This document shows, in pieces, positions 10,270 through 19,688 of a stretch of DNA of 64,000 bases (positions within the stretch are counted from its first letter, which is position 1; every line of letters starts with the position of its first letter). The DNA is taken from the NCBI GenBank assembly GCA_965213925.1, contig OZ243927.1:2208001-2272000 (forward strand), in the 5' to 3' direction. The position numbers were made by a program, and so were the translations under genes. Below the pieces are notes generated by a model. The model was not told where the DNA came from. It saw only the letters and a program-made list of their open reading frames with translations, and searched no databases. Origin of the DNA: Trueperaceae bacterium (GTDB lineage Bacteria; Deinococcota; Deinococci; Deinococcales; Trueperaceae).

Positions 10270-11208
10270 CTATCCTTTCACACCTGACGCCGCCACGCTC
10301 TCGATGAACCACCGTTGGAAGAGCAGATACACGACCAAGATGGGCAGCGTCGCCATCGACGCGAACGCCATGATGGAGCCCCAGTCAATGTCTTGCAAAT
10401 AGAGCTGTGTGATACCCACCGTCAAGGGGCGGTAGGTCTCGCCGCGCGTGGTCATGAGGGGCCACAAGTAGGCGCTCCAGATGCTCAGCGTGTGTAAAAT
10501 AGCGACCGTCGCAAAGGCAGGGCGGGCTAGGGGCACGACGATGCGCCAGTAGACGCCGAAAGGCGACGCGCCGTCCACGATGGCGGCCTCGTCGAACTCC
10601 TTGGGAATATCCAAAAAGAACTGGTAGAAGAGGAAGATCGAGAAGGGGTAGGCGATAAAGGGAATGATCTGCACCTGATACGAGTCGAGCCAGGTCTGCA
10701 CGACCTCGAGGCTTAGCCCGCCCCCTAAGTTGACCCAAGGTAGCTCATTCACCACCACGAGCATGGGAATACTGATAGCCTCCAAGGGCACAATGATGAG
10801 CGCGATCACCGCCGCCAGGACGAACGACCTACCGCCCCAGCGCAGACGTGAGAGCGCGTAGGCGATCATGCTGTTGATAAAAAGTCCCGTTCCGACCGTC
10901 ACCACGGTGATGAAGACCGAGTTAAACAAGTAGCGCAAGAAGGGCGTGCGCTCGAAGACGAAACCGTAGTTCTCCCAGGAGAAGCCGCGCGGCACGAAGG
11001 CGAGCACGACCGTCTGCAAGTCCTCGAAGATAAAGCGCTCAGGCTTAAAAGACGAGGCGAACATGAAGACGATGGGAAAGAGAAAGAAGAGCGCGAGCAC
11101 GCTCATGAAGGCGTAGTCGGCGATAGTGAGCCAGCGCCGCCGCGCCTTGCGGCTGACGCCGGGGCGCGGCGCGGTCTTCGTCGTAATCTGCTTCTGCTGG
11201 TCCATCAC
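10270..11208 (-). CDS. Carbohydrate ABC transporter permease (MalG-like)
   Basis: TM helices, EAAIVDGA EAA loop. Confidence 0.92.
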   Translation of the reverse strand: MMDQQKQITTKTAPRPGVSRKARRRWLTIADYAFMSVLALFFLFPIVFMFASSFKPERFIFEDLQTVVLAFVPRGFSWENYGFVFERTPFLRYLFNSVFITVVTVGTGLFINSMIAYALSRLRWGGRSFVLAAVIALIIVPLEAISIPMLVVVNELPWVNLGGGLSLEVVQTWLDSYQVQIIPFIAYPFSIFLFYQFFLDIPKEFDEAAIVDGASPFGVYWRIVVPLARPAFATVAILHTLSIWSAYLWPLMTTRGETYRPLTVGITQLYLQDIDWGSIMAFASMATLPILVVYLLFQRWFIESVAASGVKG

Positions 11209-12278
11209 ACGCCTCCTTCCGAGGGCAGGACGCGGCGCTGTACAAGTGCGATGACCAAAACAATCACGAAAAAGACGATGGTTACCGCCGAGCCGTAGCC
11301 GATTTGCTGCTGCCGAAAGCCCGTATCCACCGCATGGTAGATGATCGAGCGCGTCGCGTTCTGCGGCCCGCCCCGCGTCATCACGTCGATCTGGGTAAAA
11401 ACTCTAAACGCGAGAATCGTCGTGCTGATAAATACAAAGATCGTGGTATTGCGAAGCTGCGGCAGCGTCACGAAGCGGAAGCGCTGGGAGGCGTTCGCCC
11501 CGTCAATCCGCGCCGCCTCGTAGAGCACGAAGGGGATACCCTGGAGACCCGCTAAAAAGATGATCATCTGCAGTCCTACCGAGTGCCAGATAGACAAGAT
11601 CACGACCGCGATGAGCGCCGTGTCCGTCGAGATGAGCCAGGGGATACCGTCTACCGCGCCGAAGGTGATGACCCCTAGAAACTCGTTGATGAGCCCCTGG
11701 TCGGGGTTATAAAGAAAGGTCCAGACGATGGCGATAACCGCCATCGAGGTGACGATCGGCGTGAAGTAAGCCGTGCGGAAGACGTTGATGCCTCTAAGCC
11801 GTTGGTTGACTAAAAGCGCCAACGCGAGCGCCAAGCCGCCCTGCCCTGGCACGATCAAGATGACGAACAAGAAGGTGTTGACCAGTGAGCGCATGAAAAC
11901 TGGGTCTTTGGCGAGCACCGCGCGGGGCGCGCCGAAGAGGTCTACGGTGAACCACTCGCGGAAGCCCTCGTAACGTTCGCTGCCCCGCACGAGGCTGCGC
12001 ACGCGCGGGTAGACCGGGTCGCCTGCTTCGTCCCGCACAACCTCATCCGCATCGTCCCTTTCGGGCTCGAGCGTCAAGATGCTCAAGCTCAAGAGCCTGT
12101 CGTAGTTTTCAAAACCGATGAACTGCGTAGGCAGGGGCGAGATGAGACGCTTGTCGGTCAAGCTCCAATAGAAGCCTAGTGCCAGAGGTGTCGCGATAAA
12201 GAGGAGTGCGAGCAAAATAGCGGGCGAACTCATAGACCAAGCGGCGCGCACCTCGCGCTGGCGGCGGTTGAGAGCCAT
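11205..12278 (-). CDS. Carbohydrate ABC transporter permease (MalF-like)
   Basis: LAGLQGIP..LYEAARIDGA, FRFVTLPQL. Confidence 0.92.
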   Translation of the reverse strand: MALNRRQREVRAAWSMSSPAILLALLFIATPLALGFYWSLTDKRLISPLPTQFIGFENYDRLLSLSILTLEPERDDADEVVRDEAGDPVYPRVRSLVRGSERYEGFREWFTVDLFGAPRAVLAKDPVFMRSLVNTFLFVILIVPGQGGLALALALLVNQRLRGINVFRTAYFTPIVTSMAVIAIVWTFLYNPDQGLINEFLGVITFGAVDGIPWLISTDTALIAVVILSIWHSVGLQMIIFLAGLQGIPFVLYEAARIDGANASQRFRFVTLPQLRNTTIFVFISTTILAFRVFTQIDVMTRGGPQNATRSIIYHAVDTGFRQQQIGYGSAVTIVFFVIVLVIALVQRRVLPSEGGV

Positions 12279-12302
12279 AAAACCTCCTAAGAATTCAGTG
12301 GA

Positions 12303-12350
12303 CAGTAGTCAGAATTCGGCCGTGCTTCCTACCCTGAATTCCGACTACTG
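12303..12350 (-). other. Intercistronic stem-loop between the binding-protein and permease genes
   Basis: CAGTAGTCAGAATTCGG / CTGAATTCCGACTACTG 17-bp imperfect inverted repeat. Confidence 0.6.
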
Positions 12351-12411
12351 AATTCTATTTACCCGAGCCTAACGACCGCCCAACTGAGCAGCCATCATGT
12401 CGCCTTACGCC

Positions 12412-13686
12412 CTACTGCTCCGAAGGGGGCGGATAGCCGCTATTCGCCTCGATGTTCTGGTCGATCTGGTCTACAGCAGCGTCGAGTTCGCTCTGCGCGT
12501 CCGCGCCTTTAATAACGTTGTCCATCGCCGTATAAAAGGCTGAGGTGACAACAGGGTATGCGGGCGTCACCGGGCGGGGGAAGCCCAAGCCCTCTTCTAG
12601 CTGCTGGCGGATGACGTACATGTCGCCCCCTTCACTCCACAGCTCTTGCGAATCTAAAAGCGAAAGACGCGCGGGCATCGAGCCGAACTCGCTCGTCCAC
12701 TCGTCTATCTGCTCAGCTGCCAAGAGGTACTCCATGAGCGCCCACGCGCCCTCTTCGTTATCGCATTCGGCGCTCATCGCCCAGGCCCACGAGCCCATCC
12801 CCGTGAGGTGGCGTGCGCCGAAGTTCGGCAGCGTCATGATGACAAGGTCGTCGCCGAAGGCCTCGTGGTAGTCGTTATACATCCAGTTGACGAACCAGCC
12901 TAAACCCGCTTTCCCGTTGACGAACTCGAAGTTGTCGGTAGGCGTTAAGGTCGCGTAGCCCTGCTCGAAGAGCCCCTGCAGCCACTCCATCGCCTGGACC
13001 GATTCCTCGCCGTTTAGGACGCCCTCCGCACTCTCATACTCGGGGCGCTCGATGAGCCCGCCGCCCCACGACTGCAGCGCGGGCGAGAAGGCGTAGGTAT
13101 ACCACTCGCCCGCGCCGAAATTCATCTTGAGGTCGATGGCGTAGTCCGCCGAGTCCAAGTTCTGCACCGCCTCTAAATACTGGTTGAATTCGTCTAACGT
13201 CCAGGGGTCGTCGATACCCTCGGGGATACGCGCGCCAATCGCCTCTAAAACGGGGCGCGTGCTGACCAAGCCGATGCTCGTGTCCGAGGGGCCGATAGCG
13301 TAGAGGTTGCCGTCGTAAGTGCCTTGGTCGGTAATAGAGGGCAAGAAGTCGTCCATGTAGCCTTCGGGCAGATAGTCGTCTAAGGGCTCCAAAAAGCCCG
13401 CCCAGGCGTAGTTGTAGGCGTAGGGGCCGTCTAGGTCGAGCACACAAGGCAAGTTACCTGCGACCGCAGCGGCGTTCACGGCGTCGTTATAGCCGCTGCC
13501 CGAGACCGAACCACCCGGAATCTCGGTGATGACCGCTTCGTACTCGTCTTGCGACTCGTTGAAGCGCGCGATTTGCTCCTCGTAGATGGGCGAGGCGCTA
13601 GACGAGTGGAACCAGATGGTGACCTCTTCTTGCGCGAAGGCGAGCGCGAAAAGAGAGGCGAAAAGTAGTGTGAACAGTCGTTTCAT
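12412..13686 (-). CDS. Sugar ABC transporter substrate-binding protein
   Basis: Signal peptide, SBP_bac_1-type features, upstream of two permeases. Confidence 0.9.
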   Translation of the reverse strand: MKRLFTLLFASLFALAFAQEEVTIWFHSSSASPIYEEQIARFNESQDEYEAVITEIPGGSVSGSGYNDAVNAAAVAGNLPCVLDLDGPYAYNYAWAGFLEPLDDYLPEGYMDDFLPSITDQGTYDGNLYAIGPSDTSIGLVSTRPVLEAIGARIPEGIDDPWTLDEFNQYLEAVQNLDSADYAIDLKMNFGAGEWYTYAFSPALQSWGGGLIERPEYESAEGVLNGEESVQAMEWLQGLFEQGYATLTPTDNFEFVNGKAGLGWFVNWMYNDYHEAFGDDLVIMTLPNFGARHLTGMGSWAWAMSAECDNEEGAWALMEYLLAAEQIDEWTSEFGSMPARLSLLDSQELWSEGGDMYVIRQQLEEGLGFPRPVTPAYPVVTSAFYTAMDNVIKGADAQSELDAAVDQIDQNIEANSGYPPPSEQ

Positions 13687-13752
13687 GAACGTTCCTTTCA
13701 GGTAGCTTCGAAAGAGGTACGAGACTTTATGGATGAACCGTAGACCTCCTCT

Positions 13753-14745
13753 CTAAAGGGAGTGACGCGAGATAAGTGGGCAGGGCAGCTTGTGACATAG
13801 AGGTGGTCCGGTTGCCTGGTTGGTGCCAGTCAGATAGTTCACCGCCCAGCGCCCCATCTCGGCGTGGGGTAGCGCGACGGTCGTGAGCGCAGGTCGCAGA
13901 TAGGCGGAAATGACCTCTTGGTTGTCGAAGCCGATGACCGCAACGTCATGAGGGACGTTCAAACTCAATTCAGCCAGCGCGTTATAGACGCCCATCGCCG
14001 TGCGGTCGTTGCCGCAAAATATCGCGGTGGGCGGCGTGGGTAGCGCCATGACACGCCTTGTGATGTCGTAGCCGCCCGTCGCTGTCCAGTCACCCTCGAC
14101 GACGTAACACTCTTCGTAAGGCACACCGAATTTAGCGAGCGCTTGCGTATACCCTTTGTGACGAGCAGGCGCAGCAAATTCGCCGCGCATGTTGATGAGC
14201 GCGATACGCCTGTGACCTCTCTCCAAGAGCGCTTCGGTTGCCCGGTAGCCTGCGCCCGCCTCATCCGGGACGACGCAAACGAAACCCTCGTCGCTAAAGC
14301 AGTTGAGGAGCACAGTCGGCACCTCGTGTAAAAGAGGCGGCGGCGCGACGCGCCGGAAGTACATCGCGGCGTAGATGACACCGTCGACTTGACGGCTTAG
14401 AAGGTTCTCCAGCATCGCCTTTTCACGCGCGACGTCGCCCCCAGTGTTGGCGATGAAGAGCAACTTGCCGCGCTCCCAGGCGGTGCGCTGCGCCCCCTCG
14501 ACCACGCCGACGGCGAAAGGGGTCGTGGCAATCTCGTCGGTGACGAGTGCGATGACGTTCGTCTCTTGCGTGCGCAGGTGCTGCGCCGCTGAATTCGGAC
14601 GGTACTGCAAAGCTTCGATGATGGCGCTAACCTTCTCCCTGGTCTTCGCGCTTACGTTAGGGTGTGCGTTTAGAACCCTCGAGACCGTGCCCACCCCGAC
14701 GCCCGCCAAACGCGCAATATCTTGGATGGTTTGTTTCTCTGACAT
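13753..14745 (-). CDS. LacI family transcriptional regulator
   Basis: TIQDIARLAGVGVGTVSRVLN HTH, YRPN hinge, VAVIGFDN, PALTTV. Confidence 0.95.
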   Translation of the reverse strand: MSEKQTIQDIARLAGVGVGTVSRVLNAHPNVSAKTREKVSAIIEALQYRPNSAAQHLRTQETNVIALVTDEIATTPFAVGVVEGAQRTAWERGKLLFIANTGGDVAREKAMLENLLSRQVDGVIYAAMYFRRVAPPPLLHEVPTVLLNCFSDEGFVCVVPDEAGAGYRATEALLERGHRRIALINMRGEFAAPARHKGYTQALAKFGVPYEECYVVEGDWTATGGYDITRRVMALPTPPTAIFCGNDRTAMGVYNALAELSLNVPHDVAVIGFDNQEVISAYLRPALTTVALPHAEMGRWAVNYLTGTNQATGPPLCHKLPCPLISRHSL

Positions 14746-14757
14746 AGCGATCTCCAG

Positions 14758-14775
14758 TTTGGAATCGTTTCCAAA
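14758..14775. promoter_or_regulatory. LacI-family operator palindrome TTTGGAATCGTTTCCAAA
   Basis: Near-perfect palindrome with central CG, 12 nt upstream of the LacI gene start. Confidence 0.7.
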
Positions 14776-15016
14776 TCACTCTCAAAAACGAGCGGTTGTG
14801 AAACAGCAAGTTGTTTAAGACCCCTTTAAGCTAGCAGACACGTTTCAGTCTGTCAATGGAGCGTGTAAAACAGGTGGCGCAACGTCTACCGGGTCGCACT
14901 CGAAAAGGAGCGCAACTGGTGGTGTGAGGCTCGAGCTTCACGCAGAAACTTCGGCAGACCGGTTCTGCTTGATTTATACACCTCTTTGCATATACTATCA
15001 GTTCTTTGAGGCTCAA

Positions 15017-15095
15017 AGCAGGTATTATCTGGTCACAGAAGCCCTCGCTGGAAGAAGCGTCGGCTTCGCGCACGCGCTGAGGGATAATACTTGCG
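15017..15095 (+). repeat. Repeat family 1 copy B (partial, stem only)
   Basis: GCAGGTATTATC ... GATAATACTTGCG stem homologous to copy A; lies upstream of argF. Confidence 0.6.
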
Positions 15096-15142
15096 AAAAC
15101 GTAATGATATTGACGTAACGACTCGAGCCGGAAGGACTTCTA

Positions 15143-16093
15143 ATGACCACTACCGCCGACGTACCCGCCGTTGACAGCCTGAAAGGACGCGACCTCCTCT
15201 CTCTCGCCGACCTCTCTAAAGAAGAATTTAGGGGGCTTTTGCAAAGCGCTCACATCATGAAAAACAACTTTAAGCGCGGCGAACGTCCGCTCTATTTGCA
15301 GGGTAAAACGATCGCGATGATCTTCGAGAAGCAGTCCTTGCGCACGCGCTCGACGTTTGACATCGCCATGTACCAACTCGGCGGACACTCGGTGCTGCTG
15401 AGTCAGAACTACATCGGCTGGGGCGTGCGCGAGACCATCAAGGACGTGGCGCACAACTTAGAGCGCTGGGTCGAGGGCATCATGGCACGGACCTATGGGC
15501 ACGGGACGCTCGTAGAACTCGCCCGCTACGCGCACGTACCGATTATCAACGGGCTCTCAGATTTGGTGCACCCCTGTCAGCTCACGGCGGACTACCTCAC
15601 GCTCAAAGAGGAGTTTGGCGTTTTAGAGGGCGTCAAAGTCTGCTTCGTCGGCGACGGCAACAACGTCGCCAACTCGCACCTCTACGCGGCGATGCACGCG
15701 GGAACCTCCCTGACGATCGCCTGCCCGGAAGGGTTCGACCCGGACGAGGGCGTCTTAGAACAGGCGCGGGAGAGCGGCGCGGACGTGACCATCGAGCGAG
15801 ACCCGAGGGCGGCGGCGAGAGGGGCAGATGTGCTCTACACCGACGTGTGGATTTCGATGGGACAAGAGGAGGAGACCGAGCGGCGCAGGGAGGCGTTCGC
15901 GGGCTACACGGTGACACCCGAATGGTTCGCTGACCTCTCCGAAAGAGGTATTTTCATGCACGACTTGCCCGCGCACTACGGCGAAGAGTGCACCGAAGAC
16001 GCCGTCTACCACGAGCGTAGCCGCGTCTTCGACCAAGCGGAGAACAGGCTACACGCGCATAAAGCCATCCTCTTTCAGCTTTTGAGGGATTAG
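15143..16093 (+). CDS. argF: Ornithine carbamoyltransferase
   Basis: FEKQSLRTR, HPCQ, GDGNNV, YTDVWISMG, MHDLP, QAENRLH; clustered with argC and argJ. Confidence 0.93.
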   Translation: MTTTADVPAVDSLKGRDLLSLADLSKEEFRGLLQSAHIMKNNFKRGERPLYLQGKTIAMIFEKQSLRTRSTFDIAMYQLGGHSVLLSQNYIGWGVRETIKDVAHNLERWVEGIMARTYGHGTLVELARYAHVPIINGLSDLVHPCQLTADYLTLKEEFGVLEGVKVCFVGDGNNVANSHLYAAMHAGTSLTIACPEGFDPDEGVLEQARESGADVTIERDPRAAARGADVLYTDVWISMGQEEETERRREAFAGYTVTPEWFADLSERGIFMHDLPAHYGEECTEDAVYHERSRVFDQAENRLHAHKAILFQLLRD

Positions 16094-16095
16094 GC

Positions 16096-17169
16096 GTGGC
16101 GGATAAAGTAAGAGTCGGCATTCTCGGCGCGAGCGGCTACGGTGGTGCGGGCCTCTTGCGGCGCTTAGCGGTTCATCCGCAGGTGGAGGTGACAAGCGTT
16201 GCCTCGAGGCAATTCATCGACCAGAACGTCAGCGCGTGTTGGCCGCAACTCGTCGGGCACTTTCCTTTAACCTTCCAGGATAACGACGCCGTGATCGAAT
16301 CTTGTGACGTGCTCTTCTGCGCCACCCCGCACGGCGCAACGGCACCTCTTGTCAAACAGGCACTGGACGCAGGCTGCAAAGTCATCGACCTCTCCGCTGA
16401 CTTCCGCTTGCCACCGGACGAGTACGCCCACTGGTACGGCGAGCATCCCCACCCTGAGCTTTACGAACGCGCGGTGTACGGTCTCGTTGAGCTTCACCGC
16501 GACGAGTTGAGGGGGGCGGAGCTTGTCGCGAATCCGGGGTGCAACTCATCGGCTGCCATCCTCGCCCTCGCACCGCTTGCCGCGCACGGGCTGTTAGGAC
16601 GCGGTACAGTCATCAGCAACGCTTCGGGCGTGTCGGGGGCGGGGCGCAGTCCGAGTTTGGGGCTGCACTACCCTGAACTCAACGAGGACATGAGACCGTA
16701 CAAAGTTGCGGGGACGCACCGCCACACCGCCGAAATCGAGGCGACGTTGGGACGGGTACAACACATGGGACGGCATCTGAAGACGCACGAGGCGTTCGAC
16801 AAGCCAATTGTAACGCTTTCGCCGCATCTCGTTCCGATGACGAGAGGTATTTTAGCGACCTGCCATACGAGACCCGAGGAGACAGATAGACCTCTTAGCA
16901 ACGAGAGTTTGCTCGAGCTTTACGGGTCTTTCTATCAAAATGAACCGCTCGTCAGCGTGCAGACGGACTTGCCGCAAACCAAGGCGGTCTATGGAGGTGA
17001 CAGATGCGTCCTCAGTGTGCGCTATGACGAGCGAAGTGGGCACATCGTGGCGATGGCGGTCATCGACAACTTGGGTAAGGGCGCGGCGGGGCAAGCGGTG
17101 CACAACTTCAACCTGATGATGGGTTTCGAGGAGACGCTCGGGCTTTTTACGCAGGGGGTGTGGCCATGA
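16096..17169 (+). CDS. argC: N-acetyl-gamma-glutamyl-phosphate reductase
   Basis: GASGYGG, IDLSADFR, VANPGC, SGVSGAG, IDNLGKGAAGQA. Confidence 0.95.
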   Translation: MADKVRVGILGASGYGGAGLLRRLAVHPQVEVTSVASRQFIDQNVSACWPQLVGHFPLTFQDNDAVIESCDVLFCATPHGATAPLVKQALDAGCKVIDLSADFRLPPDEYAHWYGEHPHPELYERAVYGLVELHRDELRGAELVANPGCNSSAAILALAPLAAHGLLGRGTVISNASGVSGAGRSPSLGLHYPELNEDMRPYKVAGTHRHTAEIEATLGRVQHMGRHLKTHEAFDKPIVTLSPHLVPMTRGILATCHTRPEETDRPLSNESLLELYGSFYQNEPLVSVQTDLPQTKAVYGGDRCVLSVRYDERSGHIVAMAVIDNLGKGAAGQAVHNFNLMMGFEETLGLFTQGVWP

Positions 17170-18314
17170 GTATACCTATGAGGTTACCGAAAGGATTTCG
17201 CGGGGCGGGCGTGGCGACGGGCATCAAGGCGTCGGGTAAGCCGGACTTGGCGCTTATCGCTGGACAGGTCGGGCTGAGCTGGGCACTAGCTTCGACGACA
17301 AACACGCTTAAAGCGCCCTTTGTGACGCGAAATGCTCAGCGTTATGGATCGGGTGAAGAGGTTCGCGCGGTTGCGATCAGCAGCGGCAACGCGAACTGCG
17401 CGGCGCAAGGGGACGTGGCGGCGAACGAGGCGTTCGTGGCGGCGGTGGCGAAGAGGTTGGGGGTTGTCTCTCAAGAGGTCTTGACGCTAAGCACCGGCGT
17501 CATCGGTCACGCTCTGCCTGTGGGTAAGATCGAGGCGGCACTCCCGAACGTGGCGCTTTCGGGAGAGGTAGAACCCATCGCCGCAGCGATTCTCACCACT
17601 GACCTTGTACTCAAAACGGCTGAGGTCGAACTGGGGGGCGGCGCACGGGTCGTCGGCGTCGCCAAAGGCTCCGGTATGATTCACCCGAACATGGCGACGA
17701 TGCTGGCGTTTGTTCTAACAGATGCCGACGTGCCGCAAGCCGACCTGCGCGAAGTGTGGGCTGAGGTCGTCAACGGGAGTTTCAACCAAGTGACGGTGGA
17801 CGGGGACACGTCGCCCAACGACACGGCGCTCTTACTCTCGAGCCAGCAAACCCTAGCCGATACGGAAGAGGTCACAGGGGCGCTCCTCAGCGTCTGCCAG
17901 GATTTGGCGAAACAGATCGCCAGGGACGGTGAAGGGGCGACGAAGCTCCTTACCGTTCAAGTGACGGGGGCAAAAGATGTAGAAGAAGCGAGGCGGGCGG
18001 CTAGGGCGGTTGTCCTCAGCCCTTTGGTCAAAGCGGCGGCGCACGGCAACGACCCGAACTGGGGGCGCATTTTAAGTTCTGTAGGCGCAACAGGCGTGGC
18101 ACTCGACCTCGCTAAACTCTCCATTCGTGTGCAAGGTCAAGAGGTTTATTGCGGCGAGGCTCGAGCATTTGACGCGGAGGAGGTCTCCCGTAAGATGGAC
18201 GCGCCCGACCTCTCCATTGAGGTTGACTTAGGCGTAGGTGAAGCAGCAGGGAAAGCGTGGGGTTGCGACCTCTCGGCGGACTACGTGCGGATCAACGCGG
18301 ACTATCACACGTGA
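17166..18314 (+). CDS. argJ: Glutamate N-acetyltransferase / amino-acid acetyltransferase
   Basis: KGSGMIHPNMATML, VDGDTSPND, DGEGATK, DPNWGRI, WGCDL; ATG at 17166 overlaps argC stop (ATGA). Confidence 0.95.
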   Translation: MSIPMRLPKGFRGAGVATGIKASGKPDLALIAGQVGLSWALASTTNTLKAPFVTRNAQRYGSGEEVRAVAISSGNANCAAQGDVAANEAFVAAVAKRLGVVSQEVLTLSTGVIGHALPVGKIEAALPNVALSGEVEPIAAAILTTDLVLKTAEVELGGGARVVGVAKGSGMIHPNMATMLAFVLTDADVPQADLREVWAEVVNGSFNQVTVDGDTSPNDTALLLSSQQTLADTEEVTGALLSVCQDLAKQIARDGEGATKLLTVQVTGAKDVEEARRAARAVVLSPLVKAAAHGNDPNWGRILSSVGATGVALDLAKLSIRVQGQEVYCGEARAFDAEEVSRKMDAPDLSIEVDLGVGEAAGKAWGCDLSADYVRINADYHT

Positions 18315-18324
18315 GCATCCTTTG

Positions 18325-18572
18325 ATACGGATTCCGATTGATTCGCTATGTTAGCGAATCAATTCGAGCGCAGCGAGTAAGAAGAAATATAGCAGTTCAC
18401 ATAAGCACTGAGCTTGAATCACGCAAGTATCATTTCCAAACGTGCGCGCTAGACTGCGTTCCCTCTTCTCGGATTGGCTCAAACCAAATGATACTTGCTA
18501 TATACGGATGGAGCGGTGTGGACTGTCACCGAGGCTTTTTCTCGGTGATAGGGCACTAAGCGGGATCCGTAT
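18325..18572. repeat. Repeat family 2 copy carrying a nested family 1 insertion
   Basis: Ends ATACGGATTCCG / CGGGATCCGTAT; internal hairpins ATTGATTCGCTA-TGT-TAGCGAATCAAT and TCACCGAG...CTCGGTGA. Confidence 0.8.
18388..18502 (-). mobile_element. Repeat family 1 copy C, identical to copy A
   Basis: 115/115 reverse-complement match to 8301-8415; TA at both ends. Confidence 0.9.
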
Positions 18573-18611
18573 GACCTCTCGAAGAGGGTATGGAGCCCTC
18601 TCTAGCAGGTT

Positions 18612-18718
18612 ATATAGATTCCGGGTGAATCCACTGCAAAATGCATTCGCACCCCTGCGTTACTCACCGGCATCCGTCGCTGTTTCAACTCGCTATGCTC
18701 GTTTGCTGGAGCCCGCAT
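18612..18718. repeat. Repeat family 2 copy (diverged)
   Basis: TTCGCACCCCTGCGTTAC...GGCATCCGTCGCTGTTTC shared in reverse complement with 8521-8621; degenerate ends; abuts the TAA of the SorC gene. Confidence 0.75.
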
Positions 18719-19686
18719 TACGCTCGTAGCAACACCGCTCGCGCCGCCGCATCGTCCGTCACGAGCACATCCGTGTAGCCGCCGCGCAGGGCACCTAAAA
18801 TAGCTTGCGCTTTCCCCAAACCGCCCGCAACGGTGACGACTTCGCGCACGTCTCGCAGCGTCTCTAACCCGATCGTGATCGCCCGCTCGTTAAAGAGCGT
18901 GTCGGTGAGGGTTCCGTCTTCATCAAAGAACTGAGCGCACATGTGCCCGACTGCGCCGCTAGCGCTGAGGCGCTCCAAGTCCGCCTTACTCAAGTAGTCC
19001 GCAAAGATGAGCCCCGCCGCACTAGGCGTCAGAGGGCTCACGCCCATCAAAATCACGTCCGCTTGGCGGGCAATTTGTAAGAGGTCTTTGACGAGCGGCT
19101 CCTGTGTGAGTAGCGCGCGCGTCCGCGCGCTCTCGACCATCAAAGGCGCGTGGAGGTAGCGGTACGCCCCGCCGTAGAGGTTGGCGAGTTGCCGCGCCAA
19201 GTCGGGACCGTCTTGCAGAGGATTACCCGAGCCCAACGCGCCGATAACTTGAAGGACGACGATGTCGGCGAGGCTCTTAGACTTGACACGCTGCACGACG
19301 CTCGCCACCGAGCGCCCATACGAGACACCCACGATCATCCCGTCCGTAACGACCTCGTCTAAATAGCTCGCCGCGAGCTGCCCCATCCCGCCGATGACCT
19401 CACCCTCTGAACGTCCAAAACTGCGCAGCACGCGCGCTTCTTTGAGGTCGAAGTGCGCCTTGAGTTCTCGTTCCAGCAAGCTGTCCCTCGCCAGACTGTA
19501 GTCGATCGAAATCTGTACGACGCCGCGCGCTCTGGCTTCTTGTAAGAGCCTAGAGACCGTCGAGCGCGAGGTGCCGACCCGCCGCCCGATTTCGGCTTGG
19601 GTGCGACCCTCTTCGTAGTAGAGCATGGCGACCTCGATGAGGAGGGCTAAGTCGTTGGGGTTGGTTAAGGTGTCGGTCCGGGTCAT
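18718..19686 (-). CDS. SorC/DeoR-family sugar-binding transcriptional regulator
   Basis: LYYEEGRTQAEIG..SRSTVSRLLQEAR HTH; GVSYGRS, GAVGH, AGG..KA.AI.GAL.GG, LVTD. Confidence 0.92.
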   Translation of the reverse strand: MTRTDTLTNPNDLALLIEVAMLYYEEGRTQAEIGRRVGTSRSTVSRLLQEARARGVVQISIDYSLARDSLLERELKAHFDLKEARVLRSFGRSEGEVIGGMGQLAASYLDEVVTDGMIVGVSYGRSVASVVQRVKSKSLADIVVLQVIGALGSGNPLQDGPDLARQLANLYGGAYRYLHAPLMVESARTRALLTQEPLVKDLLQIARQADVILMGVSPLTPSAAGLIFADYLSKADLERLSASGAVGHMCAQFFDEDGTLTDTLFNERAITIGLETLRDVREVVTVAGGLGKAQAILGALRGGYTDVLVTDDAAARAVLLRA

Positions 19687-19688
19687 AT

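Noticed and set aside
18338..18729. Short ORFs 18338-18559 and 18442-18729
   Set aside because: They run through stacked non-coding repeats and have no protein-like features.
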